Both the position numbers and the translations under genes were made by a program. Positions 38,805 to 47,393 of a DNA stretch of 64,000 nucleotides are shown in pieces (positions within the stretch are counted from its first letter, which is position 1; each line of letters begins with the position of its first letter). The stretch covers positions 8,515 to 72,514 of the forward strand of contig DASTCJ010000210.1 in the NCBI GenBank assembly GCA_035605575.1. Direction: 5' to 3'. Origin of the DNA: Candidatus Methylomirabilota bacterium. Lineage in GTDB: Bacteria > Methylomirabilota > Methylomirabilia > Rokubacteriales > CSP1-6. The notes beneath the pieces are model-generated. The model ran no database searches. It had not been told where the DNA came from and was given only the letters and a program-made list of their open reading frames with translations.

Positions 38805-39371
38805 TTAGCCCTCAAACCTGCAGGTCACCTCGAAGGTGACCTGCGGCGTGGCTCGGGCGAGGTCCTGTCGGGACACGACGATGTCGACGTCCTTGAATTT
38901 TCCGGAGCTGCGGAGATTCGTCATGAAGTTGGAGACGGCGACGGTCGAGACCGCAGCGCCGGAAATCTTCAGCGCCGCGTTTTTCTCTTCCATCGCTGTG
39001 ATCCAGAGATCCGGTGGCACCGCAGTCGCGAAGGTATCGACGAGCCGGATGGAGCGGGCCTGGTTCTTCGTCAGCTCCTCGATGATCGCGATCCGCTTGC
39101 GAAGCTCGGCCGCCATCTCCTTGGTCTTGTTTTCCTGACCGATCTGGACCTTCAGGACCGCGATCTCACGCTTGGCCGCGTCGATCTCGGTTCGCAGCCG
39201 GCTCTCGCTAAGCTTGAGCATCCACCAGTAGCCACCGACTCCGAGAACCGCGGCGAGATAGACGATGCCGAAAAGCCAGGCGAGATTGAATGCGGGCAAC
39301 GAGATGTTGAGACCGAGCCCGACGCGTCGGCGCCGGCGCGACCGCTCGGGGGCGAGGTTGATCCGGATCAT
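38805..39371 (-). CDS. pilN: Type IV pilus assembly protein PilN
   Basis: ATG at 39371 forms an ATGA overlap with pilM. Product begins MIRINLAPE (the conserved INLLP-like PilM-binding N-terminus), followed by one TM helix. Confidence 0.85.
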   Translation of the reverse strand: MIRINLAPERSRRRRRVGLGLNISLPAFNLAWLFGIVYLAAVLGVGGYWWMLKLSESRLRTEIDAAKREIAVLKVQIGQENKTKEMAAELRKRIAIIEELTKNQARSIRLVDTFATAVPPDLWITAMEEKNAALKISGAAVSTVAVSNFMTNLRSSGKFKDVDIVVSRQDLARATPQVTFEVTCRFEG

Positions 39372-40432
39372 TGCCCTTTGTCTCCCGGCCGCCGCAAGGC
39401 AAGGCCGACGGCCACTGCCAGCGCTGGCCCGGACGCGCTCACGTCCTCCGCCAGCGCGGGATCTACATCGATGCGCTGAAACGGCTTCGCCAGCTCGACC
39501 GGGATCCCCCAGTTCGACGAAAGGTAGTCGTTGAGGCCGGGGAGCTGCGCGCACCCGCCGGCCAGGACGATCTTGACGATTCGCTCCGGCTCCGCGGTCG
39601 ACGCGAAGTAGTCGAATGTCCGCTGCACCTCGAGCGTAAGCTCGCGCGACACCGCTTCGAGAGCGGGCACGATCGACTCCCAGCTCACGCCGACGTCGCG
39701 ACCGAGCTTTGCGGACTCCGCCTGCTCGAACGGGATGCGAAGCTGCTGGGAGATCGCCTGGGTATAGTTGTTGCCGCCGAAAGGAATGTCGCGCGCGAAG
39801 ATGGTCGACCCGCCGCGCACGACGTTTGTCTTCATGATGGAGGCACCGATATCGATCAGCGCGACCGCCTCGCGCGAATCATCGGGGAAATTGACCTCGA
39901 ACTGGTTGCCGAGCGCGAAGCTGTCGACGTCGACGACCGCCGGCACGAGGCCAGCCTCCTCCACGACCGCCGCGTACTCGTTGACTTTCGTTTTTTTCAC
40001 CGCAACCAGGATCAGGTCCATCATGCCGTCGCGCTCGCCGACATCGTGATAGTCGAGAAAGACTTCGTCGATCGCGAAGGGAATGTGGTGCTCGGCTTCG
40101 AGCTCGACGGCACCGGCGAGCTCGTCGCGGTCGACGTGCGGGATCTGCACCTTCTTGATGATCAGCTCCCGGCCGCAGACCGCGAGGACGGCGTCGCGCC
40201 CTCTGGATTCGCCTCTCGGTACCGCTCGGCGGATGGCCTCCACCACGGCAGGGGCGTTCTTGATCGTCCCGTCCACGATCGCGTCCGGACCGAGCGGCGC
40301 CACCCCGAGGGCCGTCAGCCGATAGCTTCGTCCGGACGGCTTCAACTGGATGGCCTTGACTGCACTGGATCCGATGTCAAGCCCCAGTATTTCAGGGGTC
40401 TTGCGCAGCAGCCCCGCGAATGGGTTTTTCAT
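39368..40432 (-). CDS. pilM: Type IV pilus assembly ATPase-like protein PilM
   Basis: ATG at 40432 is preceded by GAGGA. Product begins MKNPF...ILGLDIGSSAVKAIQL (actin-like fold). Confidence 0.9.
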   Translation of the reverse strand: MKNPFAGLLRKTPEILGLDIGSSAVKAIQLKPSGRSYRLTALGVAPLGPDAIVDGTIKNAPAVVEAIRRAVPRGESRGRDAVLAVCGRELIIKKVQIPHVDRDELAGAVELEAEHHIPFAIDEVFLDYHDVGERDGMMDLILVAVKKTKVNEYAAVVEEAGLVPAVVDVDSFALGNQFEVNFPDDSREAVALIDIGASIMKTNVVRGGSTIFARDIPFGGNNYTQAISQQLRIPFEQAESAKLGRDVGVSWESIVPALEAVSRELTLEVQRTFDYFASTAEPERIVKIVLAGGCAQLPGLNDYLSSNWGIPVELAKPFQRIDVDPALAEDVSASGPALAVAVGLALRRPGDKGQ

Positions 40433-40586
40433 GTTCCTCAATAATATGGGTGCTGCTGGCCACCCGATCACTAATTTACACCTACCATGGCCGGTGGCCG
40501 GCTCATCGTACCCCTCCTAGGGGTCGTATGTCGAGCGCCGTTTTTCGCCTGTCTCGGAGACCTCAGAGTGCCTTCGCGTCACGCCG

Positions 40587-41150
40587 TCAGCGATCTGCCC
40601 AGTTGTAAGCCTTGACCGCGCTCCTCGGGACACTCTGGCCAGACTCGCGAAGGCGATGATCGTCGGAAATCGCAGCGGTCACCGTTTGCGTCGTGCGGCC
40701 GACGATTCCCACCGAGATCGCGAGGATCGTACCGTTCGCGTCGTGCGTCGCGTTTCCGGCGCCGTCGAGGGGGGCTCCGGTGAGTCGTTCGTCGCCCGGG
40801 GCGCAGTCGTTGCGGAGTGAAACGGCGAAGTGGCCGTCGCTGGGAGCGTGCGGCACCGTGGCGTCGGCCAGCAACGCCCCCGTGGCGCACGTCGCGCCCG
40901 GTAGATATTGGCTCCACGTGCCGGCGTTGCGAGCAAGCACGTCGAACGCATGCTCGATGCCCGCCTCGGCCAGGTAGCGGGCCCGTACCAGATCGACGTG
41001 ATTGCGTGAGATCAGCGGCTCGAGGCGAGCGATCGAGAGAAGCGCGAGCGTCATCACGGAAACGCCGACGAGGACGATCAGCGCGAGCACGAGGACAGCG
41101 CCGCGGCAGTTCGCAAGCAGCGCACCGTGTCGAGGCCGGTGGCGGCTCAC
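40587..41150 (-). CDS. PilX_N-type minor pilin-like protein (second copy)
   Basis: GTG at 41150 forms a GTGA overlap with the upstream gene. Contains RGAVLVLALIVLVGVSVMTLALLSIARLE...ARYLAEAGIEHAF. The start is uncertain. Confidence 0.65.
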   Translation of the reverse strand: MSRHRPRHGALLANCRGAVLVLALIVLVGVSVMTLALLSIARLEPLISRNHVDLVRARYLAEAGIEHAFDVLARNAGTWSQYLPGATCATGALLADATVPHAPSDGHFAVSLRNDCAPGDERLTGAPLDGAGNATHDANGTILAISVGIVGRTTQTVTAAISDDHRLRESGQSVPRSAVKAYNWADR

Positions 41151-41602
41151 ATGCGTGCCGCGAACATGGTGTGCACGTCGACGCGGCGCTCTTGATCGAG
41201 CTGTCCGAGCGCCGTCACCGGCCGATAGACAACCGAGACGCTCACGATCTTGCAGGAAACCGAGCATGGTGCCTCACTGCCGGCGTGCACCGTTGTCGTT
41301 CGTCGAAACGAGCCCGGCGCGGGATTCGGCGAGCAGCCGCCCGACACCTTGCAATACTCGACGGTGGTTCCCGGGGCAAGCGCGCCACTGGCCCAATCGA
41401 CGAGCGCGACGCTTCTGAGCTCTTCGAGCTTGTCCTCCACGAGGAAGAGAGCCGTGCTCTCTCCCCGACCCGTGTCGAGGCCGCTGAGGCCGTGGTGAAG
41501 GGCGACCACCATTGCGACGAGGGCAATCGCGATGACCGCCATCGCGGCCAGGAGCTCCGGCAGCGTGAAGCCATCCTGCTCGGAGACACGCGGCATGCTC
41601 AT
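41147..41602 (-). CDS. Type IV minor pilin (PilV/PilE-like) with a prepilin leader
   Basis: 151-aa ORF, MSMPRVSEQDG|FTLPELLAAMAVIAIALV, with Glu at position +5. Confidence 0.75.
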   Translation of the reverse strand: MSMPRVSEQDGFTLPELLAAMAVIAIALVAMVVALHHGLSGLDTGRGESTALFLVEDKLEELRSVALVDWASGALAPGTTVEYCKVSGGCSPNPAPGSFRRTTTVHAGSEAPCSVSCKIVSVSVVYRPVTALGQLDQERRVDVHTMFAARM

Positions 41603-42099
41603 TCAACGGTGATCCGGCCGGAGCCCGCCACAATGACGGTGCGCGATGCGTGGGTGCGCCCGTGCCGCACCGTGTACGTGGCGCCTGGGCTCGCCGCTCC
41701 GAGTGTCGTGAACACGGGACGGCCGTTAGAAGAGACCTCGAGCAACGCCGTATCGGACATGCGGATCGTGCCGGTGGCGTCGGTCACCGACCCAGTCCAC
41801 ACCGCTCCTGCACAGCCGCCGATACGTAAGCGCAGACCTCCGCCACCGAGATCCACGCACACCGCCGTCCGCGTCGCGATCGCCAGCTGTCGTCCGAGAT
41901 CGATGACGCTCGCGAGCTCGCGCGCACCGGCCTGTAGTGACCAGCTATCCCAGTAGCTCAGCAGCGTCGGCATGGCCAGAGCGCTCAACGTCGCGGCGAT
42001 CGCCAGCACGATCACCAGCTCGATGAGTGTGAAGCCTGCGCCGTGCCGAGCCTCGATGCAATGCGAAGGAGATGCACTCACGCCAGCATTGGGACGCAA
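41599..42099 (-). CDS. GspH/FimT-family minor pilin
   Basis: 166-aa ORF. ...HGAG|FTLIELVIVLAIAATLSALAMP followed by ...ARELASVIDLGRQLA, which is typical of FimT/FimU. It has a TTG start and a long leader, so the start is uncertain. Confidence 0.7.
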   Translation of the reverse strand: MRPNAGVSASPSHCIEARHGAGFTLIELVIVLAIAATLSALAMPTLLSYWDSWSLQAGARELASVIDLGRQLAIATRTAVCVDLGGGGLRLRIGGCAGAVWTGSVTDATGTIRMSDTALLEVSSNGRPVFTTLGAASPGATYTVRHGRTHASRTVIVAGSGRITVE

Positions 42100-42150
42100 G
42101 CCGACGCTTCTGACAATGCCGAAAGATCGATACGGCCGAGATGGCGATCG

Positions 42151-44940
42151 TTACGGACTGCGCTCCCGCCAAGACTTCAGCTGCTTCAGAGACGCCGGCG
42201 CTGGTATCGCGGTCGTGGATATCTCCCGATTCACGGTCGAGGTGATGACGAACGACGCCACACGCGTCCCGGGAACCAGCGGCCGCGTCGTGATGACAAG
42301 CGGCACGGAGGCGTCGCCATGGCCGATATCTTTGAACCGGCGCGATGTCGGCGTCGGTGCTTCGAGCGCGCCGCCGGTTGCGAAGTCGAGCGCCGCCTGA
42401 CCGGTCCATGCGCGGACCGCATAGAGCTTCGCGGTCCCACCGGCGGCACAGCCCCGTTTGGACACGAGGGTGGTGAAGAGAGCGGTTCCGTTGAAGACGT
42501 TCGGGGCGCCGAGCACCCTCTCGCCGCGCGACAGAAGCAGGTACCAGCCACGCGATCCCGACGGCGCGCCACCGGAGACGTCTTTGATGCCCGCGCTGTC
42601 CTCGGATAGTGTGGCGCCGTTCGTCATGTCGCCGTCGTCGCGGAGCGCGAAGAAGCGTCCGGGTGCGGGGGCGTGGGCGGCGCGCTGGCGCGCGGTCGTC
42701 CCGAAGAGCAGCCAGATCTTGCGGTGCCGATCCATCGTCACTCCTGGCGCGGTGCCGTAGGACTCGGAGGCGACGTCGTCGTTTGACGCTGGCGCGAAGA
42801 GACGCTTGCCCTTCCAGCCGCTCGTCTCAGCGGCGGTGACGTCGAACTTCCACATTTGGCCGCCGGCGTCGCCGCTGTAGACACGGTCGACGTACCCGTC
42901 GTTGTCAGCGTCGACCGCCACCGGAGACGTCGGCAGCGCGAAGAGCATGTGCCGGCGGTCGTCAGTCGCGCCGGGAACGTTGGCGTACTCCCATAGCTTC
43001 GCACCCGTCGCCACATCAAGGGCGAATAGCGCCTTGCCCGACGCATCATCTCCCGGAACGGTCGGCCCGCCGCCGACGAACGCTACGTAGCTGTCTTGCC
43101 CGGCGAGCTTCACCCGGCCGATCGCGGGCGTCGACCAGGTCTCGTGAATCTTTCCGTCCGTAAATCGCCAGAGGAACTTCGGACGCGTGGTGTCCGTGAT
43201 GTCGAGGGCGTAGTAAGAGGCGCCGCCACGGCGGCATCCGAACAGTACGACGGTCCGCCAGGTGCCGCCGACCTTGATGTCGACAGCGACGGGGCTTCCG
43301 TCGGCGAACGACCGATGAGTCCCGGTGCCCGCGAACAGCGAGGAGAGGCGATCGAGCATGTCGGGCGGGATGAAGGCCCACACCTCGACGCCGTCGGTGT
43401 CTCGGAACGCATGGAGCATCCCGTCGTCGGCTCCGACGATGACGATGTTCGTCCGCTTGGCTTGGGCGGCCTTGAACGCCTCGTAGCTCGGATCCGTCAG
43501 CGCGAGCACCGGCGGCGAGACCACGACCGGTGTGGAGTGGACGATCGCGCCCAGCTTCCACGCTCGATCGCGCGTGCCACTGCCGTCCCCGCCGCGCACC
43601 AGATCGATCACGCGGTTTCGCTCGCCGCCGCTGGACACGCCGAGGATCGCGTTCGTGATGGCACCGTTGCTCTTCGTGAACGGCGTCAGCGTGCCGCCGA
43701 CTTCCGTGTAAATCGTCCGGCGCCCTGCGGGCAGGGCGTTCAGCGCGCGCGCCGCATCCCACAGCCGCCCCGACGCAAGCGGCCGCCCATCAGCATCGAC
43801 CGGCAGACCGCCGGTGGGATCCAGTCGGTACGCCGTGAGCGATCCGCGCCAGAACGGCGCGGATGTGGTCGGCTCGAATGACGCGAGATACGCGCGCGCA
43901 CTGCTGCTGGCAGCCAGCCCGCGCACGACGGGGGTGCTGAGGGTGTAGGTCGCGCGGGTGATTCGTCCGAGCGTTCGCCTCAGCGCTGCCTCGAGCTCGC
44001 TGGCAGCCACGGCGTGGAAGTGCGTGCCCTCGCCGCGATCGGCGGCCTCTTCGAGCTCGCGCAGCTCACGGTCGGACCCATCGACGGCGAGGGCGACCGT
44101 GTGGACGTTCACGCGCTGCCGGTTGACGTGCGACGACGCGTGGTCCTGCGGTCTTGGAAGGGAGGCCTCCGCCATCACCGAACGCCGCCCGGCCACGCGG
44201 GCACCGTCGGCCACGACAATGACGTGGTTCGACTGACATGCGAGCTCGATCGGGCTCGGGAAGCTGGTGCCGTTCGTCAGCGTTGCGCCCTTGAAATATA
44301 GCCCGGCCTCGTACAGCGCGTCGCCGAGCGGTGCGTTCCCCGCGGGGACGACGGCGGCCAGTGCTGCCTTCAGCGCCGGTACGCCGTCGCCGATCGGCGC
44401 GAGCAGGCGGGCGCCGCGGCCGCCCAGCCGTGCCTGATCGACTGCCATCAGCCCGAACCGCACGGCCGGGTGCGAGTCGACGACGGTGCCGAGCGCGCGC
44501 TTGGCCATCGCGAGCTTCGGCTGCGGACAGGCCCCGCCCGCTCCGCAATGAGCAAAGAGGTAGTTGACGTAGTTGCCGCTATACAAGGTGACGCGGCCGC
44601 CAGCGAGCGTACCGGACCACGTACCGGACTCCGCGAGAGCGCGCCTGGTGGAGTCGCTCGCCGGGATCCTCGCAGGCGATTCCGCATAGAAGCCGTACGC
44701 CGGACTCTTGAACACCGCGGCCGGCTGACACGGCTGAGCCGTCGCCGTCCGGCCCTTCCGCGTGGGCGATTGACATCGACGTTGCACGGAATATTTCTTC
44801 GCGGCGACGTACGCGTTCGACGGTGCCGTCTCGGCCATGCGGCTCGACGTATCGAGGATGATCAGGACGTTCGGCGCGATGTCGGCGAGCTCGTGATCAT
44901 CGGCCGTGGCGAGCGCGGGCAGCGCGGAAACGAGCTGCAC
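42151..44940 (-). CDS. pilY1: PilY1-like pilus tip adhesin (N-terminal vWA-like region + C-terminal PilY1 beta-propeller)
   Basis: 929-aa ORF. MIDAS-like ILDTSSRM near the N-terminus. The C-terminal domain carries the PilY1/PilC Ca-binding-type motif DADNDGYVDRVYSGD. The true start may lie upstream (see findings). Confidence 0.85.
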   Translation of the reverse strand: MQLVSALPALATADDHELADIAPNVLIILDTSSRMAETAPSNAYVAAKKYSVQRRCQSPTRKGRTATAQPCQPAAVFKSPAYGFYAESPARIPASDSTRRALAESGTWSGTLAGGRVTLYSGNYVNYLFAHCGAGGACPQPKLAMAKRALGTVVDSHPAVRFGLMAVDQARLGGRGARLLAPIGDGVPALKAALAAVVPAGNAPLGDALYEAGLYFKGATLTNGTSFPSPIELACQSNHVIVVADGARVAGRRSVMAEASLPRPQDHASSHVNRQRVNVHTVALAVDGSDRELRELEEAADRGEGTHFHAVAASELEAALRRTLGRITRATYTLSTPVVRGLAASSSARAYLASFEPTTSAPFWRGSLTAYRLDPTGGLPVDADGRPLASGRLWDAARALNALPAGRRTIYTEVGGTLTPFTKSNGAITNAILGVSSGGERNRVIDLVRGGDGSGTRDRAWKLGAIVHSTPVVVSPPVLALTDPSYEAFKAAQAKRTNIVIVGADDGMLHAFRDTDGVEVWAFIPPDMLDRLSSLFAGTGTHRSFADGSPVAVDIKVGGTWRTVVLFGCRRGGASYYALDITDTTRPKFLWRFTDGKIHETWSTPAIGRVKLAGQDSYVAFVGGGPTVPGDDASGKALFALDVATGAKLWEYANVPGATDDRRHMLFALPTSPVAVDADNDGYVDRVYSGDAGGQMWKFDVTAAETSGWKGKRLFAPASNDDVASESYGTAPGVTMDRHRKIWLLFGTTARQRAAHAPAPGRFFALRDDGDMTNGATLSEDSAGIKDVSGGAPSGSRGWYLLLSRGERVLGAPNVFNGTALFTTLVSKRGCAAGGTAKLYAVRAWTGQAALDFATGGALEAPTPTSRRFKDIGHGDASVPLVITTRPLVPGTRVASFVITSTVNREISTTAIPAPASLKQLKSWRERSP

Positions 44941-44980
44941 GCCGAGGAAGACCGAAGCCGCTAGGGCTTTGATCGATGTG

Positions 44981-45457
44981 TCATTGCGCGATCGGGCCGT
45001 ATGCCGCGCGGGCGTCGATCGCGCGCTGTGCGCTCCGTGGGCCAGTCCCCACGCCGGTGAAGCTGAAGGTGTAGAACACGTAGCCCGCGGAGTTGTATCC
45101 GGTACCGTTGCCGATGGAGTACCCGGCCTCGCGTTGCGTGCCCGCGAAGCACTGTCGATTCGGTGGTGTGTTCAGCACCTGATACGCATAGCCGCCGCCC
45201 AGCGGCGTTCGGGCCGTCGCGCAGCGCTGCACGTCGGGTCCGATCGTATCGAGCGCGACGTTGACGGCCGCGTCGGCGGCGAAGAAGCTTCCTTCCGCGG
45301 CCACGGCACTCGCACCCACGTCGCGATCGTCGCTCGCGATCCGGAGCAAGACGACCGCTCCCACCAGCAGCAGCGCCATGAATGAGAGCGCGACGAGCAG
45401 GGCGAGGCCGCGCTCGCTCCGAGCGCGCCGCCACACGGCCCGGCATACGCGACTCAT
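44981..45457 (-). CDS. pilX: PilX_N-type minor pilin-like protein
   Basis: 158-aa ORF with ERGLALLVALSFMALLLVGAVVLLRIAS...AAEGSFFAADAAVN. Confidence 0.7.
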   Translation of the reverse strand: MSRVCRAVWRRARSERGLALLVALSFMALLLVGAVVLLRIASDDRDVGASAVAAEGSFFAADAAVNVALDTIGPDVQRCATARTPLGGGYAYQVLNTPPNRQCFAGTQREAGYSIGNGTGYNSAGYVFYTFSFTGVGTGPRSAQRAIDARAAYGPIAQ

Positions 45458-46116
45458 GGGTTCCGCAGCCTCACGTCCGAGGTGAGTGTGTAGCTCTGCG
45501 GAGGCTGGTTCGGCACCGCCTCGGTGGCGCTGACGGTGATGACGACTCGTCGGATCGCCCCCCGTTCGGTCGCCGTCGCGACGCTGGGCACGGCGCCGAT
45601 CGCCTGCCCGTCCAGGTCGTAGGCCGCGCGCCCCGGTGCACTCGGGAGCGGATTGTTCGTGGCGTCGTAGTAGGCGAAGGCGAGCCGCTCGACACGCTGC
45701 GCGAGCACCGTGCCGCCACGGCAGCTATACGATGAAGCTGCGCCGCGCGGACCGTGAACACGTCGCAGCGTTCCGGCGTCGAGGCAGAAGAGAACTGTAC
45801 GACTCGCGCCCGTTCCGTCGAGATCTCCTGCCACCGCCAGCGCGGCATCGGTAGCGAGCTCGACGGCATCGGATTGATCGTTCTCAGGCGTCGTATCGGC
45901 GTTCTCGGGAAAGTACCCGGCCATGCGGATCTCGCGAACCATCAGATCCATTGCGGTTCGACCGTTTCGCTGGGCATTGACGGTCTGCTGCGCCGATGGA
46001 TAGGCCAGCGTGCTGGGCTCGAAGACCTGCATGATGCCGAAGAGGATCAGCGCGAACATGCCGATGGCCACGAGGACCTCGACGACCGTGACGCCGCCGA
46101 ACAATCGCGATCGCAT
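45454..46116 (-). CDS. pilW: PilW-like minor pilin
   Basis: ATG at 46116 gives MRSRLFGG|VTVVEVLVAIGMFALILFGIM, followed by ...GRTAMDLMVREIRMAGY, which is typical of PilW. Confidence 0.75.
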   Translation of the reverse strand: MRSRLFGGVTVVEVLVAIGMFALILFGIMQVFEPSTLAYPSAQQTVNAQRNGRTAMDLMVREIRMAGYFPENADTTPENDQSDAVELATDAALAVAGDLDGTGASRTVLFCLDAGTLRRVHGPRGAASSYSCRGGTVLAQRVERLAFAYYDATNNPLPSAPGRAAYDLDGQAIGAVPSVATATERGAIRRVVITVSATEAVPNQPPQSYTLTSDVRLRNP

Positions 46117-46643
46117 CAGAACATTCTCACGATGATCGTTGTCAGCTGCACGGTGTTCGTCAGGCCCGGCAAGCTCACGGTGACCGTGGCCTGACAGCGC
46201 GAGCCGGTGGCCGAGCAGCTCCCGTTGGGCGGCGCCGCGAGCCGGATGCTGGCGGCGCCACCGAGCGGTGTCACGGCGCCATATTGCGCGATCTCGGCGC
46301 TCGTGTAGCGAAATCCGCCGCCTCCCCCGGCGAGCATGTAGCGCCATCGTCGCGCGGCAGCGAGCTCGGGATCGGCGGCCGGCGCGGTGGCCGCGTGTGC
46401 GGTGTCGAACCCGTCGAGGCTTCGGACGCTGTCGAAGGGTAAGCCGCCGATGTCCTCGAGGATCTGCCGTGCGGCGGCCACCGCGGAGATCGCGCGCGTC
46501 GCGTGGAGCGTCTGCGGCTGGCCCACGGGAAGTATCGATGCGGTAATGACGATGGCGCTGAGCACCACCAGGGCGGCGACCATGACCTCGAGCGCCGTGA
46601 AACCGCCGTCGTGCCTCGACGGCGTCGACCGACGGGTTCTCAC
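46116..46643 (-). CDS. pilV: PilV-like minor pilin
   Basis: 175-aa ORF with ...RHDGG|FTALEVMVAALVVLSAIV. Confidence 0.7.
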   Translation of the reverse strand: MRTRRSTPSRHDGGFTALEVMVAALVVLSAIVITASILPVGQPQTLHATRAISAVAAARQILEDIGGLPFDSVRSLDGFDTAHAATAPAADPELAAARRWRYMLAGGGGGFRYTSAEIAQYGAVTPLGGAASIRLAAPPNGSCSATGSRCQATVTVSLPGLTNTVQLTTIIVRMF

Positions 46644-47392
46644 CGCTCGAAACCGCCCAGGTACCAGGCGATGATCTGCCGCGCCCAGAACAGGGCCACG
46701 ACGCCGCCGAGCGCGAGGAACGGACCGAACGGGATCGCATCCTTTCGAGCGAGCCGACGGGACACCAGCAGCGCGACCGCCGAAATGCCGCCCAGCATGA
46801 CAGCGACGAACAGGGCGACCAGAAGCGCCTGCCAGCCGAGGAACGCGCCAAGCATGGCACCGAGCTTCAGATCGCCGCCTCCCATCCCGCCGCGGCTCAC
46901 GACGATGATCACGACGAACACGCCGGCTCCGAGAAGGACACCGACGAGCGACTCAACCCAGGAGATGCGGCCCGCCGCGACGCTGGCCGCGAGCCCGACC
47001 ACGATGCCGGGGAGCGTGATGGCATCCGGAATGATCTGGTGGCGGAGATCGATCACGGTGATCGCCACCAGCGCCGCCAGGAAGATGACGGCCACGGCGA
47101 AGCCGGCAAGGTCGCCGGCGAAAACGATCCAGGCGGCGAGGAACAACGCGGCCGTGGCCGCTTCGACGAGCGGGTATCGCCAGGGGATGCGCGCGGCGCA
47201 CGCGCGGCAGCGGCCCCTGAGCGCGGCGAACGAGACGAGCGGGATGTTGTCATACCAGGCGATCTGATGGCCGCACTCGGGGCACGATGAGCGCGGCGCC
47301 CACAGGCTCCGGCGCTGCGGAAGGCGCGCGATCACCACGTTCAGGAAGCTGCCGATGACGAGCCCGAACGTGAGGACGGGCACGAGGACCAT
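46640..47392 (-). CDS. pilD: Prepilin peptidase / N-methyltransferase PilD
   Basis: ATG at 47392 gives MVLVPVLTFGLVIGSFLNVVIARLP. Contains the CPECG...CRAC zinc motif and catalytic-Asp regions (DLRHQIIPD, GGGDLKL). Confidence 0.9.
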   Translation of the reverse strand: MVLVPVLTFGLVIGSFLNVVIARLPQRRSLWAPRSSCPECGHQIAWYDNIPLVSFAALRGRCRACAARIPWRYPLVEAATAALFLAAWIVFAGDLAGFAVAVIFLAALVAITVIDLRHQIIPDAITLPGIVVGLAASVAAGRISWVESLVGVLLGAGVFVVIIVVSRGGMGGGDLKLGAMLGAFLGWQALLVALFVAVMLGGISAVALLVSRRLARKDAIPFGPFLALGGVVALFWARQIIAWYLGGFER

Positions 47393-47393
47393 G

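Noticed and set aside
40420-40608. 62-aa plus-strand ORF in the pilM upstream spacer.
   Set aside because: It lies in the relatively AT-rich promoter/terminator region between the minor-pilin block and pilM. It has no RBS and an odd composition, so it is probably non-coding.
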